DNA of 64,000 bases from Clostridia bacterium (lineage in GTDB: Bacteria; Bacillota; Clostridia; UMGS1840), in assembly GCA_045541975.1 (NCBI GenBank), contig JAZQKB010000041.1, positions 40-64,039 of the forward strand. Direction: 5' to 3'. Below are positions 1-8,758 of this stretch, in pieces (positions within the stretch are counted from its first letter, which is position 1; each line of letters starts with the position of its first letter). Below the pieces are notes generated by a model, which worked only from the letters and a program-made list of their open reading frames with translations, searched no databases and was not told where the DNA came from. The position numbers and the translations under genes are program-made.

Positions 1-1
1 T

Positions 2-325
2 AACGTCAACGGCAAGGTAACAGATGCTTGGTTTATGGAATTATCTCACAAATACGAGGTTGAGCGTGATGAGCTTAAAAAGAAGATTCTTGAACTGAAT
101 CAGCAGCTTGCAAAGATAAGTAAAGTTCGTGAAGGCAAGGAGCATTTTCTGTCTTGTGTCAGAAGCTTTGCTGAAATGAATGAAGTTACACCGATGATTC
201 TTCAGGAGCTAATCGAGAAAATCGAAGTTCACGCAGTAGAAGGCACGGGATTAAACCGCACTCAATCGGTAATAATACATTACAAGTTCATTGGTGAGCT
301 TGATATGCCGGAGAACTTTGACTAG
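2..325 (+). CDS. Large serine recombinase, C-terminal DUF4368-type region (5'-partial)
   Basis: Frame is open from base 2 (NVNGKVTDAWFMELSHKYEVER...LIEKIEVH...IIHYKFIG), typical of the coiled-coil/C-terminal part of TnpX-like recombinases. Ends at TAG 323-325, but an in-frame conserved-looking tail runs to TAA 386-388. Confidence 0.8.
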   Translation, partial: NVNGKVTDAWFMELSHKYEVERDELKKKILELNQQLAKISKVREGKEHFLSCVRSFAEMNEVTPMILQELIEKIEVHAVEGTGLNRTQSVIIHYKFIGELDMPENFD

Positions 326-391
326 ATAAAAGTCAATACAAGAAAAGGTGTTGAGGTTGAGTACTTAAGAACAACTAAAACTGCATAAAAA

Positions 392-435
392 CAAAAAAAT
401 CTAGTGTTCATAACTTCATACACGTTATGAACACT
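392..435 (-). terminator. Inverted repeat AGTGTTCATAAC-N9-GTTATGAACACT; terminator for tRNA-Pro and/or part of the attachment site
   Basis: Perfect 12-bp arms at 403-414 and 424-435, followed on the minus strand by a T-run (393-399). Confidence 0.6.
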
Positions 436-440
436 CGATA

Positions 441-517
<77 letters not shown>

Positions 518-542
518 AGATGTCCGTTTACGGACAGATGAT

Positions 543-571
543 ATTATAGCATACATTTTTTAAAAAATCAA
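543..571 (-). promoter_or_regulatory. sigmaA promoter of tRNA-Pro
   Basis: TTGATT-17 bp-TATAAT (with TG extension) on the minus strand, just upstream of the tRNA. Confidence 0.7.
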
Positions 572-604
572 GGAAAATTTCTAAAAAAATGAAAAAACCG
601 CAAA

Positions 605-1291
605 TTATCGCTTGGCATTGCCTAAAAGGGTGAGCACATACACATCTTTGGCACCTAAGGAAAGCAGAAGTTTTGTGCATTCCCGGGCGGTGGAGCCTGT
701 GGTGTAAACATCGTCTATCAAAAGAACGGTTTTGCCTCGGATTTTCTTTTTGCGGTGAGGAAGTGCCACAAAACTGATTTTGGCATTTTCCACCCGTTCT
801 TTTCCGTTTAGGGAAGATTGCCGTTTTGTAAACAGTTTCTTTCTGAGAAAGCCTGCACAAAGGGGGATTTTTAGCATTTTCTTTAGGGGCATTGCCAATT
901 CCAATGCAGGACTGTAGCCTGTTTTCAGAAATGTTTTTATGCCGGAGGGAACGGCGGTAATAAGGTCTGGGGTAATCCGGTAGGATGCCAGAGTTTCTGC
1001 CATCAGTTTTGCAAAGCCTTTTGCTTTATAGAATTGGTTTCCCAGTTTATAGGCTAATAAAGCCTCTTTGGGAGTGCTGTCATAATGATAGCAGGAAATG
1101 GCAAGCCGAAAGGGCGGCAACTGTTTGTCACATTCCTTACAAAGAGGGGTTTGTCCTTTATCCTGACCGCAAACGACACATCTGGGTGTTTTGCGGTATT
1201 CTTTTATCAGTTCTCTGCATTTGGGACAAAGAAAATCGTCTTTTGGGGCGGGACTGTCGCAAAAAGGACAGATACGAAAGGGATTTTTCAT
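605..1291 (-). CDS. comF: ComF family protein (double zinc ribbon + PRTase fold)
   Basis: CPFC/CPKC/CVVC/CKEC motifs; C-terminal VLLIDDVYTTGST PRPP-binding loop. Confidence 0.9.
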   Translation of the reverse strand: MKNPFRICPFCDSPAPKDDFLCPKCRELIKEYRKTPRCVVCGQDKGQTPLCKECDKQLPPFRLAISCYHYDSTPKEALLAYKLGNQFYKAKGFAKLMAETLASYRITPDLITAVPSGIKTFLKTGYSPALELAMPLKKMLKIPLCAGFLRKKLFTKRQSSLNGKERVENAKISFVALPHRKKKIRGKTVLLIDDVYTTGSTARECTKLLLSLGAKDVYVLTLLGNAKR

Positions 1292-1299
1292 ACGCTACC

Positions 1300-2235
1300 T
1301 CACGCCAACGCCAACAGTTTTAAAAGATACACGCAAACAAAAATACTGCCGATGGAGGCAAGGCAGGTAAGGGATACGCCGTATGCGGAAATATCGGGGT
1401 CCACCCCTAATTTTTTTGCCATTACAAAGCAGTTCACTGCGGCAGGAGTGGCACTTAAAATGGCAATAATGATGAGGGCATCTCCTCGAAATCCCAGTAA
1501 AATCGCAGAAACGAGGAACAAAAGCGGTGCTAACACATTACGGAAAAACACAGCCAAAAAAATATAGCCTCGATTATTTTGAAAGCCTTTTAGCGAAATG
1601 TTGGCACCGATAATTAAAAGTCCTAAGGATGTGGCAATGTCACCTGCGTATTCCAGTCCCTTATTTAAAATAGGCGACATGGGAATTTTGAAAATAGAAA
1701 CCACAAGTCCCAACACGGTGCCGATAATCAACGGGTTTTTCAGAACTCCCAGCACCAAAGAGGAAAACTTCTGAGTTTTGTTGCCGTAGTAAGAAAGCAT
1801 AATCACGGCAGTCACATTATAGCAAATGGTCACAAAGGCAACGGTAATTGCCATGGTGAGAACCCCGGATTCCGCCATTAAGCTCATGGCAAGGGGCATT
1901 CCTGCAATGGCGATGTTGGAACGATACCCGATTTGCACAATGGCACCCTTCTTTTTGGGATCACGAATCCCAAAACAGAGGAAAATGAGTAAAAACACAT
2001 AGCATAACACAGCGCAAAGCATAAACATAATCAGCTTTGGCTCCATAGCCACGGTTAAATCTGCCTTTGCCACTGTGTGAAACAGAAGGGCAGGTGTGCC
2101 CACATAGTAGACCAGTTTTACAATTTCATCCTTGGTGATTTCCGAGAAGAAGCGGAGTTTATTTAAAAACATTCCCAAAAACATCACTAAAAACACGGGA
2201 GAAATAGCGTTGACGGTTTCCAAAAGTAGCGTCAT
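1300..2235 (-). CDS. AEC (auxin efflux carrier) family transporter
   Basis: About 10 hydrophobic segments; motifs SNIAIAGMP, KNPLIIG, ATPAAVN. Confidence 0.85.
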   Translation of the reverse strand: MTLLLETVNAISPVFLVMFLGMFLNKLRFFSEITKDEIVKLVYYVGTPALLFHTVAKADLTVAMEPKLIMFMLCAVLCYVFLLIFLCFGIRDPKKKGAIVQIGYRSNIAIAGMPLAMSLMAESGVLTMAITVAFVTICYNVTAVIMLSYYGNKTQKFSSLVLGVLKNPLIIGTVLGLVVSIFKIPMSPILNKGLEYAGDIATSLGLLIIGANISLKGFQNNRGYIFLAVFFRNVLAPLLFLVSAILLGFRGDALIIIAILSATPAAVNCFVMAKKLGVDPDISAYGVSLTCLASIGSIFVCVYLLKLLALA

Positions 2236-2253
2236 AACAAACTGTCCTTTCTC

Positions 2254-3264
2254 TTACAGAGACCAAAATTTTAAAAACAGGGTGTAAATCCCCAAATACG
2301 GATCTGTTACCTGACCGCTTTTTAATTTGTAGTCAGTTTCGGCACAGAAACCGATTAACTGTTCTAATTTGGAGATAGGAATATTTTTTGCCTGTCTTAC
2401 GTACTTAGAAATCACAAAATCAGGCACGTTTTTGCCGAGCATCGGCTTGATTTCGGCAGAGGGAATCCGTTCCTCCTGACTGACTTTTGCCAAATACATT
2501 CCGGAAATATGGCGGGAGAGCAGGGTAAAAATCATTTGGGCAGGTGTTTTGGAAGGAGTCAGCTTCAGTTGGTTTAAAAGCTGATAGGCTTTTTCCTTTT
2601 GCCCTGTGACTAAAAATTCCGACAAATCAAAAATCACCGCCTGCATAGACTTTTGCAAAAATTGGTTCAGGATTTGCTCGGAAACGGTGTCAGTGTCTTG
2701 CATATAGGCGCAAACGGTGTCGATTAAATTCACTGTGGCATACAGATTGGGTTCTCCCTCTGTAATGATTTTTTCAATCAGAACAGCGGGGATTTTCTTT
2801 TGCCGTTTTGCAAATTCTCGATTGATAAAGGCACGCATATCTGCCTGGTTGGGATGCACACATTCCACAATTTCTCCCACGGTTTTTGCGGTATTCCAAA
2901 TGGAGGAACGCTTGTCCACTGCGGTTTCTCTTAAAATTAAAATGGTGAAGGGAGCAAGATTTTTCATTTGCTCGGTGAGTGCTTCCCGAAAATCGGCAGG
3001 AGCTTTCATGAGGTCTACCTGATTTAAGTAAACCACCTTGTATTCTGCCATCATAGGCGGTTGCTCCAGAGCGTTTCTCAGCTCGGTTTTTTCGGGTAGA
3101 TTCTGATAATGGAATAAATTAAAGCAAGCAAAATTATCATCCACAACACTCTGGATGATTCGATTGGCATAAAATTCTTTGAGGTAATCCTCTTCGCCGT
3201 AAAACAGATAGAGATTGGAGAAATTTTTTTCGGAAATCTTGCGGTTTAGTTCTTTTAATTCCAT
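2254..3264 (-). CDS. holA: DNA polymerase III delta subunit
   Basis: NLYLFYGEEDYL motif, ETDYKLKSG C-terminus, position directly after comEC. Start moved to ATG 3264 (MELKEL), which overlaps the comEC stop. Confidence 0.9.
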   Translation of the reverse strand: MELKELNRKISEKNFSNLYLFYGEEDYLKEFYANRIIQSVVDDNFACFNLFHYQNLPEKTELRNALEQPPMMAEYKVVYLNQVDLMKAPADFREALTEQMKNLAPFTILILRETAVDKRSSIWNTAKTVGEIVECVHPNQADMRAFINREFAKRQKKIPAVLIEKIITEGEPNLYATVNLIDTVCAYMQDTDTVSEQILNQFLQKSMQAVIFDLSEFLVTGQKEKAYQLLNQLKLTPSKTPAQMIFTLLSRHISGMYLAKVSQEERIPSAEIKPMLGKNVPDFVISKYVRQAKNIPISKLEQLIGFCAETDYKLKSGQVTDPYLGIYTLFLKFWSL

Positions 3265-5435
3265 AACGGCGTTTGCTCCTTTTTGCCTGTGGAAGTTCCG
3301 TAAAAGGATACTTCGTTTTGGCTGAATATCAGCAGAGAATGGTTGTCGTAGTATTTGGCATTGGGATGCCATTGTTTTTTGGATAGTATATGTAATTTAT
3401 CCGAAAGATTTGCAAAGTTTTTGGTAGCCTGACTTGATTGCTTAAAATTAATAATCCAGATTTTATCGGGATTTTGGTACGAATTGCGAAGCAAATAGTC
3501 GGCATCTTGCGAAAAAGAAAACTGATGGGTTTGATAAGAAAATTCCGCTTCGTATAAGGTGTTGGAATCCGAAAACAAGCGGATATTGATGCCGTCTACA
3601 TGGGTGGAAAAATTCTCTTGCAAGAAAACGGTATTGTGAAAATCCTTTAGAAGAGTACCGTACTTTGCAGGACAAACAATCTGTGCAGAGGGCAGTTCTT
3701 TTAAGAAAGCATCGGTTTTTTCGGAATTGGAAAGCTCTGTCAGAATGATCAGCGCCACAGAGGCGTGTTCGTCGTAGGAGGAGCCTCGTCCGTATGCAAG
3801 ATCCTGTAAGTTTCCGTATAAAATCAAACGGTCTGCAGGTGTGGTAATCATAGCGGAATTGGTATTTTTGGCGCCCAGAAAGCCAACCGTCAGTTCACCG
3901 TGTGGAACGGGAAAGACTGTGTGGATTAATGCTGTCATCATGAAGATTATGGCAAGGGATGCGGACAAAATTTTTCTTAATTTGGATTGCATCTTACTTC
4001 CAATAAACAAAACTACGCCACTGCCCATCCACGTCAGAAAGGGAAACTCTCCAAGGGGAACCGTCAACGGACGGCAGATTGTGGCAGAAAGATGAATCAG
4101 CCAAAGGAATAACTGGGTAAGCAGTGTTCCGGCACCTATTACGAAGCTTCCCAGCAGAGGCACGTTTGTTACCGCCATCCCGAAAATCGTAAGAATCAAA
4201 ATGGGGGAAACCAGGGGCGCCACCAGAAAGTTGGCTAGGATTGTACCCATGGGCATCCTGGAAAAATACAATAGAATCACAGGCAGGGTGAAGGGTTGCA
4301 CCGCAACATACAGGGCAAGATTGCTTCTGAAATATTTGGTAGGAAGTTTCTGAAATACCTTTTCCAAAGGTTCATAAAAGGCAGTAATCCCAAAGGTTGC
4401 CCCGAAGGTGAGAAGAAACGACGGATTTAAAATCAGGGTTGGGGTTATGGTGACAAACAGACAAGCAACTGCCAACACTGTTACATAAGATTTTACGGGT
4501 TTTATATAGAAAATATCATAGCAAAACAAAAGGGAAATCATCAGAAGGGACCGTAGCACAGAAACGGTTCCACCCGTAAACCAGGCGAACAGAAAAAGGA
4601 GCGGAAAGGTGAATAACAGCCGTTTTCTCCGGCCTTGCATCACGGTGCCCAAAATCATCAACATTGCAGAGGCAAGAAATGAAAAATGCATTCCCGAAAC
4701 GACCACAATATGAACGGTTCCCGTGCTCAAAAATTCCTGATATTGTTCAGTTGTCATTGTGGACTTATCGGAGCTTAACAGCGCCGTTAAAAAGGATGCG
4801 ACCGAAGACGGATAGTTGGCTTGCAAGTGTTCTTTTGCCGAATTTCGCAGAAGCTTGGACTGATATAGCCACTCATTTGCCACTCCATGACGGATGACAG
4901 TGGGTTCATAGGGAAACGTGGCGGACAAGAAGGTGTCATTCCCCAGAAGACGGCGTACCTGGGAGGAGGTTTTGTTTTGAGGTTGCACAACCGCCAAGAC
5001 AGGTTCTGCCAGCGTTACCTTTTCTCCGGGGAGTAATGGTTTATCTGTTCTGATTTTTACAAAAATATGTTCTCCATTTTCTAACGTGAGAGTGCAGTAG
5101 TCAATGCCGTTATAACGACTGACTTCACTGGTTACTACGCCTGTGACGGAATCGGGATTTTCCCTACAAAGGGAAATGGATTTTTCAAAATGATACTGCT
5201 CATATCCTTGATAAAGAAAGGAAGATGCTATTGCAATCACGATTACAATGAATACTTTGAAAAGTTTTTTTAGAGTGGGGAACTTCTTTTTTTGAATACG
5301 GGATATGAAATAGGAAATTCCAATCTCAAATAAGGCATAAAAAGAGGCCGATATAAAAACCAGGATATTTGAATCCAAATATCCTGATAAAAATATGCCA
5401 GATAGCCATGCAATCAAACAAGTGGCTAAAAACAT
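3255..5435 (-). CDS. comEC: ComEC/Rec2 competence membrane protein
   Basis: HIVVVSGMH and SFLLTFGATFGI competence-domain motifs, many TM helices, comEC-holA synteny. Confidence 0.88.
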   Translation of the reverse strand: MFLATCLIAWLSGIFLSGYLDSNILVFISASFYALFEIGISYFISRIQKKKFPTLKKLFKVFIVIVIAIASSFLYQGYEQYHFEKSISLCRENPDSVTGVVTSEVSRYNGIDYCTLTLENGEHIFVKIRTDKPLLPGEKVTLAEPVLAVVQPQNKTSSQVRRLLGNDTFLSATFPYEPTVIRHGVANEWLYQSKLLRNSAKEHLQANYPSSVASFLTALLSSDKSTMTTEQYQEFLSTGTVHIVVVSGMHFSFLASAMLMILGTVMQGRRKRLLFTFPLLFLFAWFTGGTVSVLRSLLMISLLFCYDIFYIKPVKSYVTVLAVACLFVTITPTLILNPSFLLTFGATFGITAFYEPLEKVFQKLPTKYFRSNLALYVAVQPFTLPVILLYFSRMPMGTILANFLVAPLVSPILILTIFGMAVTNVPLLGSFVIGAGTLLTQLFLWLIHLSATICRPLTVPLGEFPFLTWMGSGVVLFIGSKMQSKLRKILSASLAIIFMMTALIHTVFPVPHGELTVGFLGAKNTNSAMITTPADRLILYGNLQDLAYGRGSSYDEHASVALIILTELSNSEKTDAFLKELPSAQIVCPAKYGTLLKDFHNTVFLQENFSTHVDGINIRLFSDSNTLYEAEFSYQTHQFSFSQDADYLLRNSYQNPDKIWIINFKQSSQATKNFANLSDKLHILSKKQWHPNAKYYDNHSLLIFSQNEVSFYGTSTGKKEQTPLWN

Positions 5436-5437
5436 TG

Positions 5438-5845
5438 TTATCGTTTCGGATTAACAATATCACGCCATCCGAAGTCTCCGCGTTCCAGCCCTTGAATTAA
5501 AACTTCTGCTGTTGCCACGTTGGTAGCTAAGGGAATGTTATGTACGTCACATAAACGGAATAATGCATTTACATCGGGTTCGTGAGGCTGAGCAGTCAGC
5601 GGGTCACGGAAGAAAAGCACCAAGTCGATTTCGTTGTAGGCAATTCTTGCGCCAATCTGCTGGTCACCGCCCTGAGGACCGGATAAAAACCGATGGACCT
5701 GAAGTCCTGTTGCATCTGCAACCAATCCGCCGGTAGTACCGGTGGCAAATAAATTGTGCTTTTGCAGAATAAATTTGTATGCAATTGCGAACTGAACCAT
5801 CAGTTCCTTCTTTTGATCGTGTGCAATTAAAGCAATATTCATCAA
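5438..5845 (-). CDS. mgsA: Methylglyoxal synthase
   Basis: [48 protein letters not shown]. Confidence 0.97.
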   Translation of the reverse strand: MMNIALIAHDQKKELMVQFAIAYKFILQKHNLFATGTTGGLVADATGLQVHRFLSGPQGGDQQIGARIAYNEIDLVLFFRDPLTAQPHEPDVNALFRLCDVHNIPLATNVATAEVLIQGLERGDFGWRDIVNPKR

Positions 5846-5891
5846 CGAACCTCCGTTTCTGTGTGTGGTTTTTCCAATGGATCTGAATCGT

Positions 5892-6635
5892 TTATCGTAA
5901 TTTGACGGGTACTTGTTCCCCCGTTAAGCGTTTTGCGGAATTTGTAATTTCTTTCACGCATTTTTTATGTTTATCATCCAGAATCAACTTGCCCTGATTC
6001 TGGAAAGAAATCATGCTGTCTTCATACCGCCAGATGCCAAGCAGCGGCGTTCCTAAACGGTTTAGAATTTCATCCACGTTGGGCATCAGTTTTTTACGCA
6101 CCAATTTGGGATTGAATTTATTGATAATGACATAATTTTCTTGGATATTTACTTTGTTTGCTGCCGAAAGCACGCGGTCTGCATCCCGCATGGATGCAAA
6201 GTCGGGCGTTACCACCGTTACGGTGGCATCTGCTTTGGAAATACAATTTTTAAAGCCGGTTTCAATACCTGCGGGGGCATCCAGCAGAATATAGTCAAAC
6301 TCTTTGGCTGCCTCGGTCAGCATTTGGGAAAATTTTTCTTCCACCAGATCTTCTTTTTCAATGGTCTGGGATGCAGGCAGAAAATACAGTTCTCCGTATT
6401 GTTCAAAATGGTAGCAAGCGTCTTTCAACGGGATTTTCCCTTCATACACATCGGTCACGTCATACACGATCACGCTTTGCACCCCAAACACAATATCTAA
6501 GTTGCGAAGGCCGATATCCGTGTCAATAATGAGCACTTTTTTGCCCAGTTTTGCCAAAGCTGCAGACAAATTTGCAGCAACCGTGGTTTTTCCCACGCCG
6601 CCTTTTCCTGATGCAATTGCAACAATTTTGCCCAT
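5892..6635 (-). CDS. minD: Septum site-determining ATPase MinD
   Basis: Deviant Walker [32 protein letters not shown]. Start at ATG 6635 after a GGAGG RBS. Confidence 0.9.
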   Translation of the reverse strand: MGKIVAIASGKGGVGKTTVAANLSAALAKLGKKVLIIDTDIGLRNLDIVFGVQSVIVYDVTDVYEGKIPLKDACYHFEQYGELYFLPASQTIEKEDLVEEKFSQMLTEAAKEFDYILLDAPAGIETGFKNCISKADATVTVVTPDFASMRDADRVLSAANKVNIQENYVIINKFNPKLVRKKLMPNVDEILNRLGTPLLGIWRYEDSMISFQNQGKLILDDKHKKCVKEITNSAKRLTGEQVPVKLR

Positions 6636-6734
6636 TGGATAATCGCCTCCTTTTTGGTTTGGTTTGCCTTCGGATATTATCATATCACAAATCATATGAA
6701 AAGTCAATTTTCTTTTGAATTTCTCCTGGAAAAT

Positions 6735-7232
6735 TTATATGGATACCCTGTCATTTCCGGATTTTGTATTCTTATGCTTTTTGTTTTTTTTAGTAAGGAG
6801 CATCATCACCAGAATGGCGGTTGCCACGCCGCAGGTGTCTAAAATCATATCGGTAACACGCATGGCTCTGCCGGCTCCTGTGCAGAATTGAATACATTCA
6901 TCTGCCACAGCCACCAAAGCACCGTACAACAGGGCAATCCATTTTTTTTGGATTTTCTGAACGTTTTGCAACAGATATTTACTTGCCTGATAGGATAATA
7001 CACCAAGCAGAAAAAATTCGCAGAAGTGAGCGGTTTTTCGGATGATTGTGTGCATCAGATCTGCCGGAAGATGAATGCCGGTTAATCCATAAAACCAGGT
7101 CAGAAGACTTTGCAACAACCCGCCGGACAAACCGACAGATACCGTTGCAGGTTGCATGGAAAAGGAAAAAATCACTGCTGTCCAAAGAAGGGTAAGCAGT
7201 GTGTATAAAACAGCTTTTTTCTGTAGCTTCAT
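6735..7232 (-). CDS. VanZ family membrane protein
   Basis: IFSFSMQ, IRKTAHFCEF, DECIQ, GR...DMILD motifs. Start at ATG 7232 after AGAGG. Confidence 0.85.
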   Translation of the reverse strand: MKLQKKAVLYTLLTLLWTAVIFSFSMQPATVSVGLSGGLLQSLLTWFYGLTGIHLPADLMHTIIRKTAHFCEFFLLGVLSYQASKYLLQNVQKIQKKWIALLYGALVAVADECIQFCTGAGRAMRVTDMILDTCGVATAILVMMLLTKKNKKHKNTKSGNDRVSI

Positions 7233-7248
7233 TGTGAAAAAACCTCTT

Positions 7249-7788
7249 TTATTCGTATACTGCACGGGCGCCGCCAATCAGTTTCGGACGGGTATGGGCA
7301 CAAAGAACAGTTGCCTGCCCGATGAGGGCGCTTTCCAATCTTACGGGAACAGCTACCTTTTTTAAATGCATACCAATGAGAGTACCGCCAATATCAATGC
7401 CCAAATCTGCACGGATGTTTTCCACCACCACGGGTTCAGAAAAATTTTGGTAGCAGGCAGTGGCAAAAGAACCGCCTGCTTTAGGTTTTGGAACCACCCA
7501 AACAGGCTCATATCCAAATAATTTTGCCGTTTTTTTCTCCATCACAAGGGCACGGTTTAAATGTTCGCAACACTGTGCCGCCAGATGGATTCCTTTTTTC
7601 TTTAACACGGGATAAAGGCCCAAAAATAACGCTTCTGCCGCTTCGTAGGCAGAGTTGGTGCCGATTTTATCCCCTAAGATTTCGGAAGTGGAACAACCGA
7701 TGACCAAAAGACTTCCTTCTTTGGCATCGGTCTTTTTTAGAAATTCTTTGATTAAAGCTTTGGCTTCGGTCTTGATATTTTCGTACAT
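7249..7788 (-). CDS. TIGR01440 / UPF0340 (YwlG-like) protein
   Basis: VIGCSTSEI, AAQCCEHLNRALV, KAGGSFAT, GIDIGGTLIGMHLK, RPKLIGGARA. Confidence 0.9.
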   Translation of the reverse strand: MYENIKTEAKALIKEFLKKTDAKEGSLLVIGCSTSEILGDKIGTNSAYEAAEALFLGLYPVLKKKGIHLAAQCCEHLNRALVMEKKTAKLFGYEPVWVVPKPKAGGSFATACYQNFSEPVVVENIRADLGIDIGGTLIGMHLKKVAVPVRLESALIGQATVLCAHTRPKLIGGARAVYE

Positions 7789-7809
7789 GGCAATTCTCCG
7801 TTTGTTTCT

Positions 7810-8286
7810 TTATTGGAGCACCGTTTCTTGAAAGAACCGGTTTTTCCGAAGAGCGGTGAATAAAGGCACGCCGATTGCAGTAACCACAACCAGTTCTCCC
7901 AGTGCCGCTGTTACAAAACTGTACCAAAACGGCATGTTCAGTAAGGAAAGCTCCCATGCCACAAACACCATGGAAATGGCAGGAAATAAAGATGCCACCC
8001 AAATGTTTTTAACAGCTCGCATTCCCACCACGGTAAACACAGTGGATGCCACCCCAAAGATCAAGTCCAATGCCCCTAAGGGACTGAACAGATTACTGAT
8101 GGCACAGCCTAAAATTAAGGCGTAGCAATAGTCCTTCTTAAAAAAGCAGAGCAGGGTTAATACTTCTGAAATGCGAAATTGCACCGCTCCGTAAGATAAG
8201 GGGGCAACTGCTAAGGTGAGCGCCACATATAGTGCGGCGGTGACTGAAATGCGCAAAAATGCGCGTAATGCGGATTGTTTCATCAT
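7810..8286 (-). CDS. queT: QueT family queuosine-precursor transporter
   Basis: AALYVALT..APLSYGAVQFRISEVLTLL motif and 5 TM segments. Start MM at 8286/8283 after AAGGGAG. Confidence 0.85.
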   Translation of the reverse strand: MMKQSALRAFLRISVTAALYVALTLAVAPLSYGAVQFRISEVLTLLCFFKKDYCYALILGCAISNLFSPLGALDLIFGVASTVFTVVGMRAVKNIWVASLFPAISMVFVAWELSLLNMPFWYSFVTAALGELVVVTAIGVPLFTALRKNRFFQETVLQ

Positions 8287-8291
8287 AAATT

Positions 8292-8350
8292 CTCCCTTGT
8301 TTTTTAGTGGAGGAAATCCTCCGAAGATGGTTAGCAAGAGCAACATCTTC
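8292..8350 (-). promoter_or_regulatory. preQ1-I-like riboswitch with an extra hairpin in L3
   Basis: Minus strand: P1 GAAGATG/CATCTTC; loop TTGCTCTTGCTAAC ending in the ligand-position C; inserted hairpin GGAGG-ATTT-CCTCC; A-rich ACTAAAAAACAAGGGAG whose CAAGGG can pair with loop CTCTTG and overlaps the SD. Lies upstream of queT. Confidence 0.7.
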
Positions 8351-8359
8351 TTATCAAAA

Positions 8360-8388
8360 AGTATACCATATGGGGAGTTTTTTGTCAA
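8360..8388 (-). promoter_or_regulatory. sigmaA promoter of queT
   Basis: TTGACA-17 bp-TATACT. Confidence 0.85.
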
Positions 8389-8411
8389 TTCATTTCCCCT
8401 GATTTTTCGGG

Positions 8412-8444
8412 AAAAGAAAAGGGGAGTGTTTTGCTACGCTCCCC
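8412..8444 (-). terminator. Rho-independent terminator after spoIIID
   Basis: GGGGAGCG-TAGCAAAA-CACTCCCC followed by TTTTCTTTT; the stop codon lies in the loop. Confidence 0.75.
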
Positions 8445-8694
8445 GTTCGGCATATTTCTGTTTGGTGGCAAGACCGCCTCTGATATGCCGTTCTGCTTTA
8501 TTCTTGTTTAAAACTTCCCGCACCGCATCATAACGGTCAGGATCTAAAAATCTCAGACGCACCGCCACATCTTTATGTACCGTGGACTTGGAAATACCGA
8601 AATATTTAGCGGTTTTACGCACAGTGGTGCGGTTTTCGATAATGTAATCCGCAAAGAGAATTACTCGCTTATCAATATCGTAGCAAAAGTCCAA
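8434..8694 (-). CDS. spoIIID: Sporulation transcriptional regulator SpoIIID
   Basis: YIIENRTTVRKTAKYFGISKSTVHKDV...NKAERHIRGG.AT. Likely TTG start at 8694 after GAGGTG. Confidence 0.95.
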   Translation of the reverse strand: MDFCYDIDKRVILFADYIIENRTTVRKTAKYFGISKSTVHKDVAVRLRFLDPDRYDAVREVLNKNKAERHIRGGLATKQKYAERGA

Positions 8695-8758
8695 AAAAAT
8701 CACCTCTCAGATTTGTATCAGTTTTGGGTTGATACAATATATGAGAGGTGTTTTTGTT

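Larger units (their letters stand above)
1..440 (+). mobile_element. Right end of a serine-recombinase integrative element inserted at the 3' end of tRNA-Pro (element continues left of the window)
   Basis: Recombinase C-terminus points toward the tRNA CCA end at 441, with a 12-bp inverted repeat between them. The exact boundary is inferred. Confidence 0.65.

Noticed and set aside
323-325. TAG reassignment (alternative genetic code) as the explanation for the recombinase's internal stop
   Set aside because: TAG ends several genes at their expected family C-termini (spoIIID 8434, rhodanese 56772, PAS protein 55642), so code 11 applies.
6735-7232. Glycopeptide resistance (VanZ family)
   Set aside because: An isolated housekeeping-context homolog without vanHAX/RS genes.
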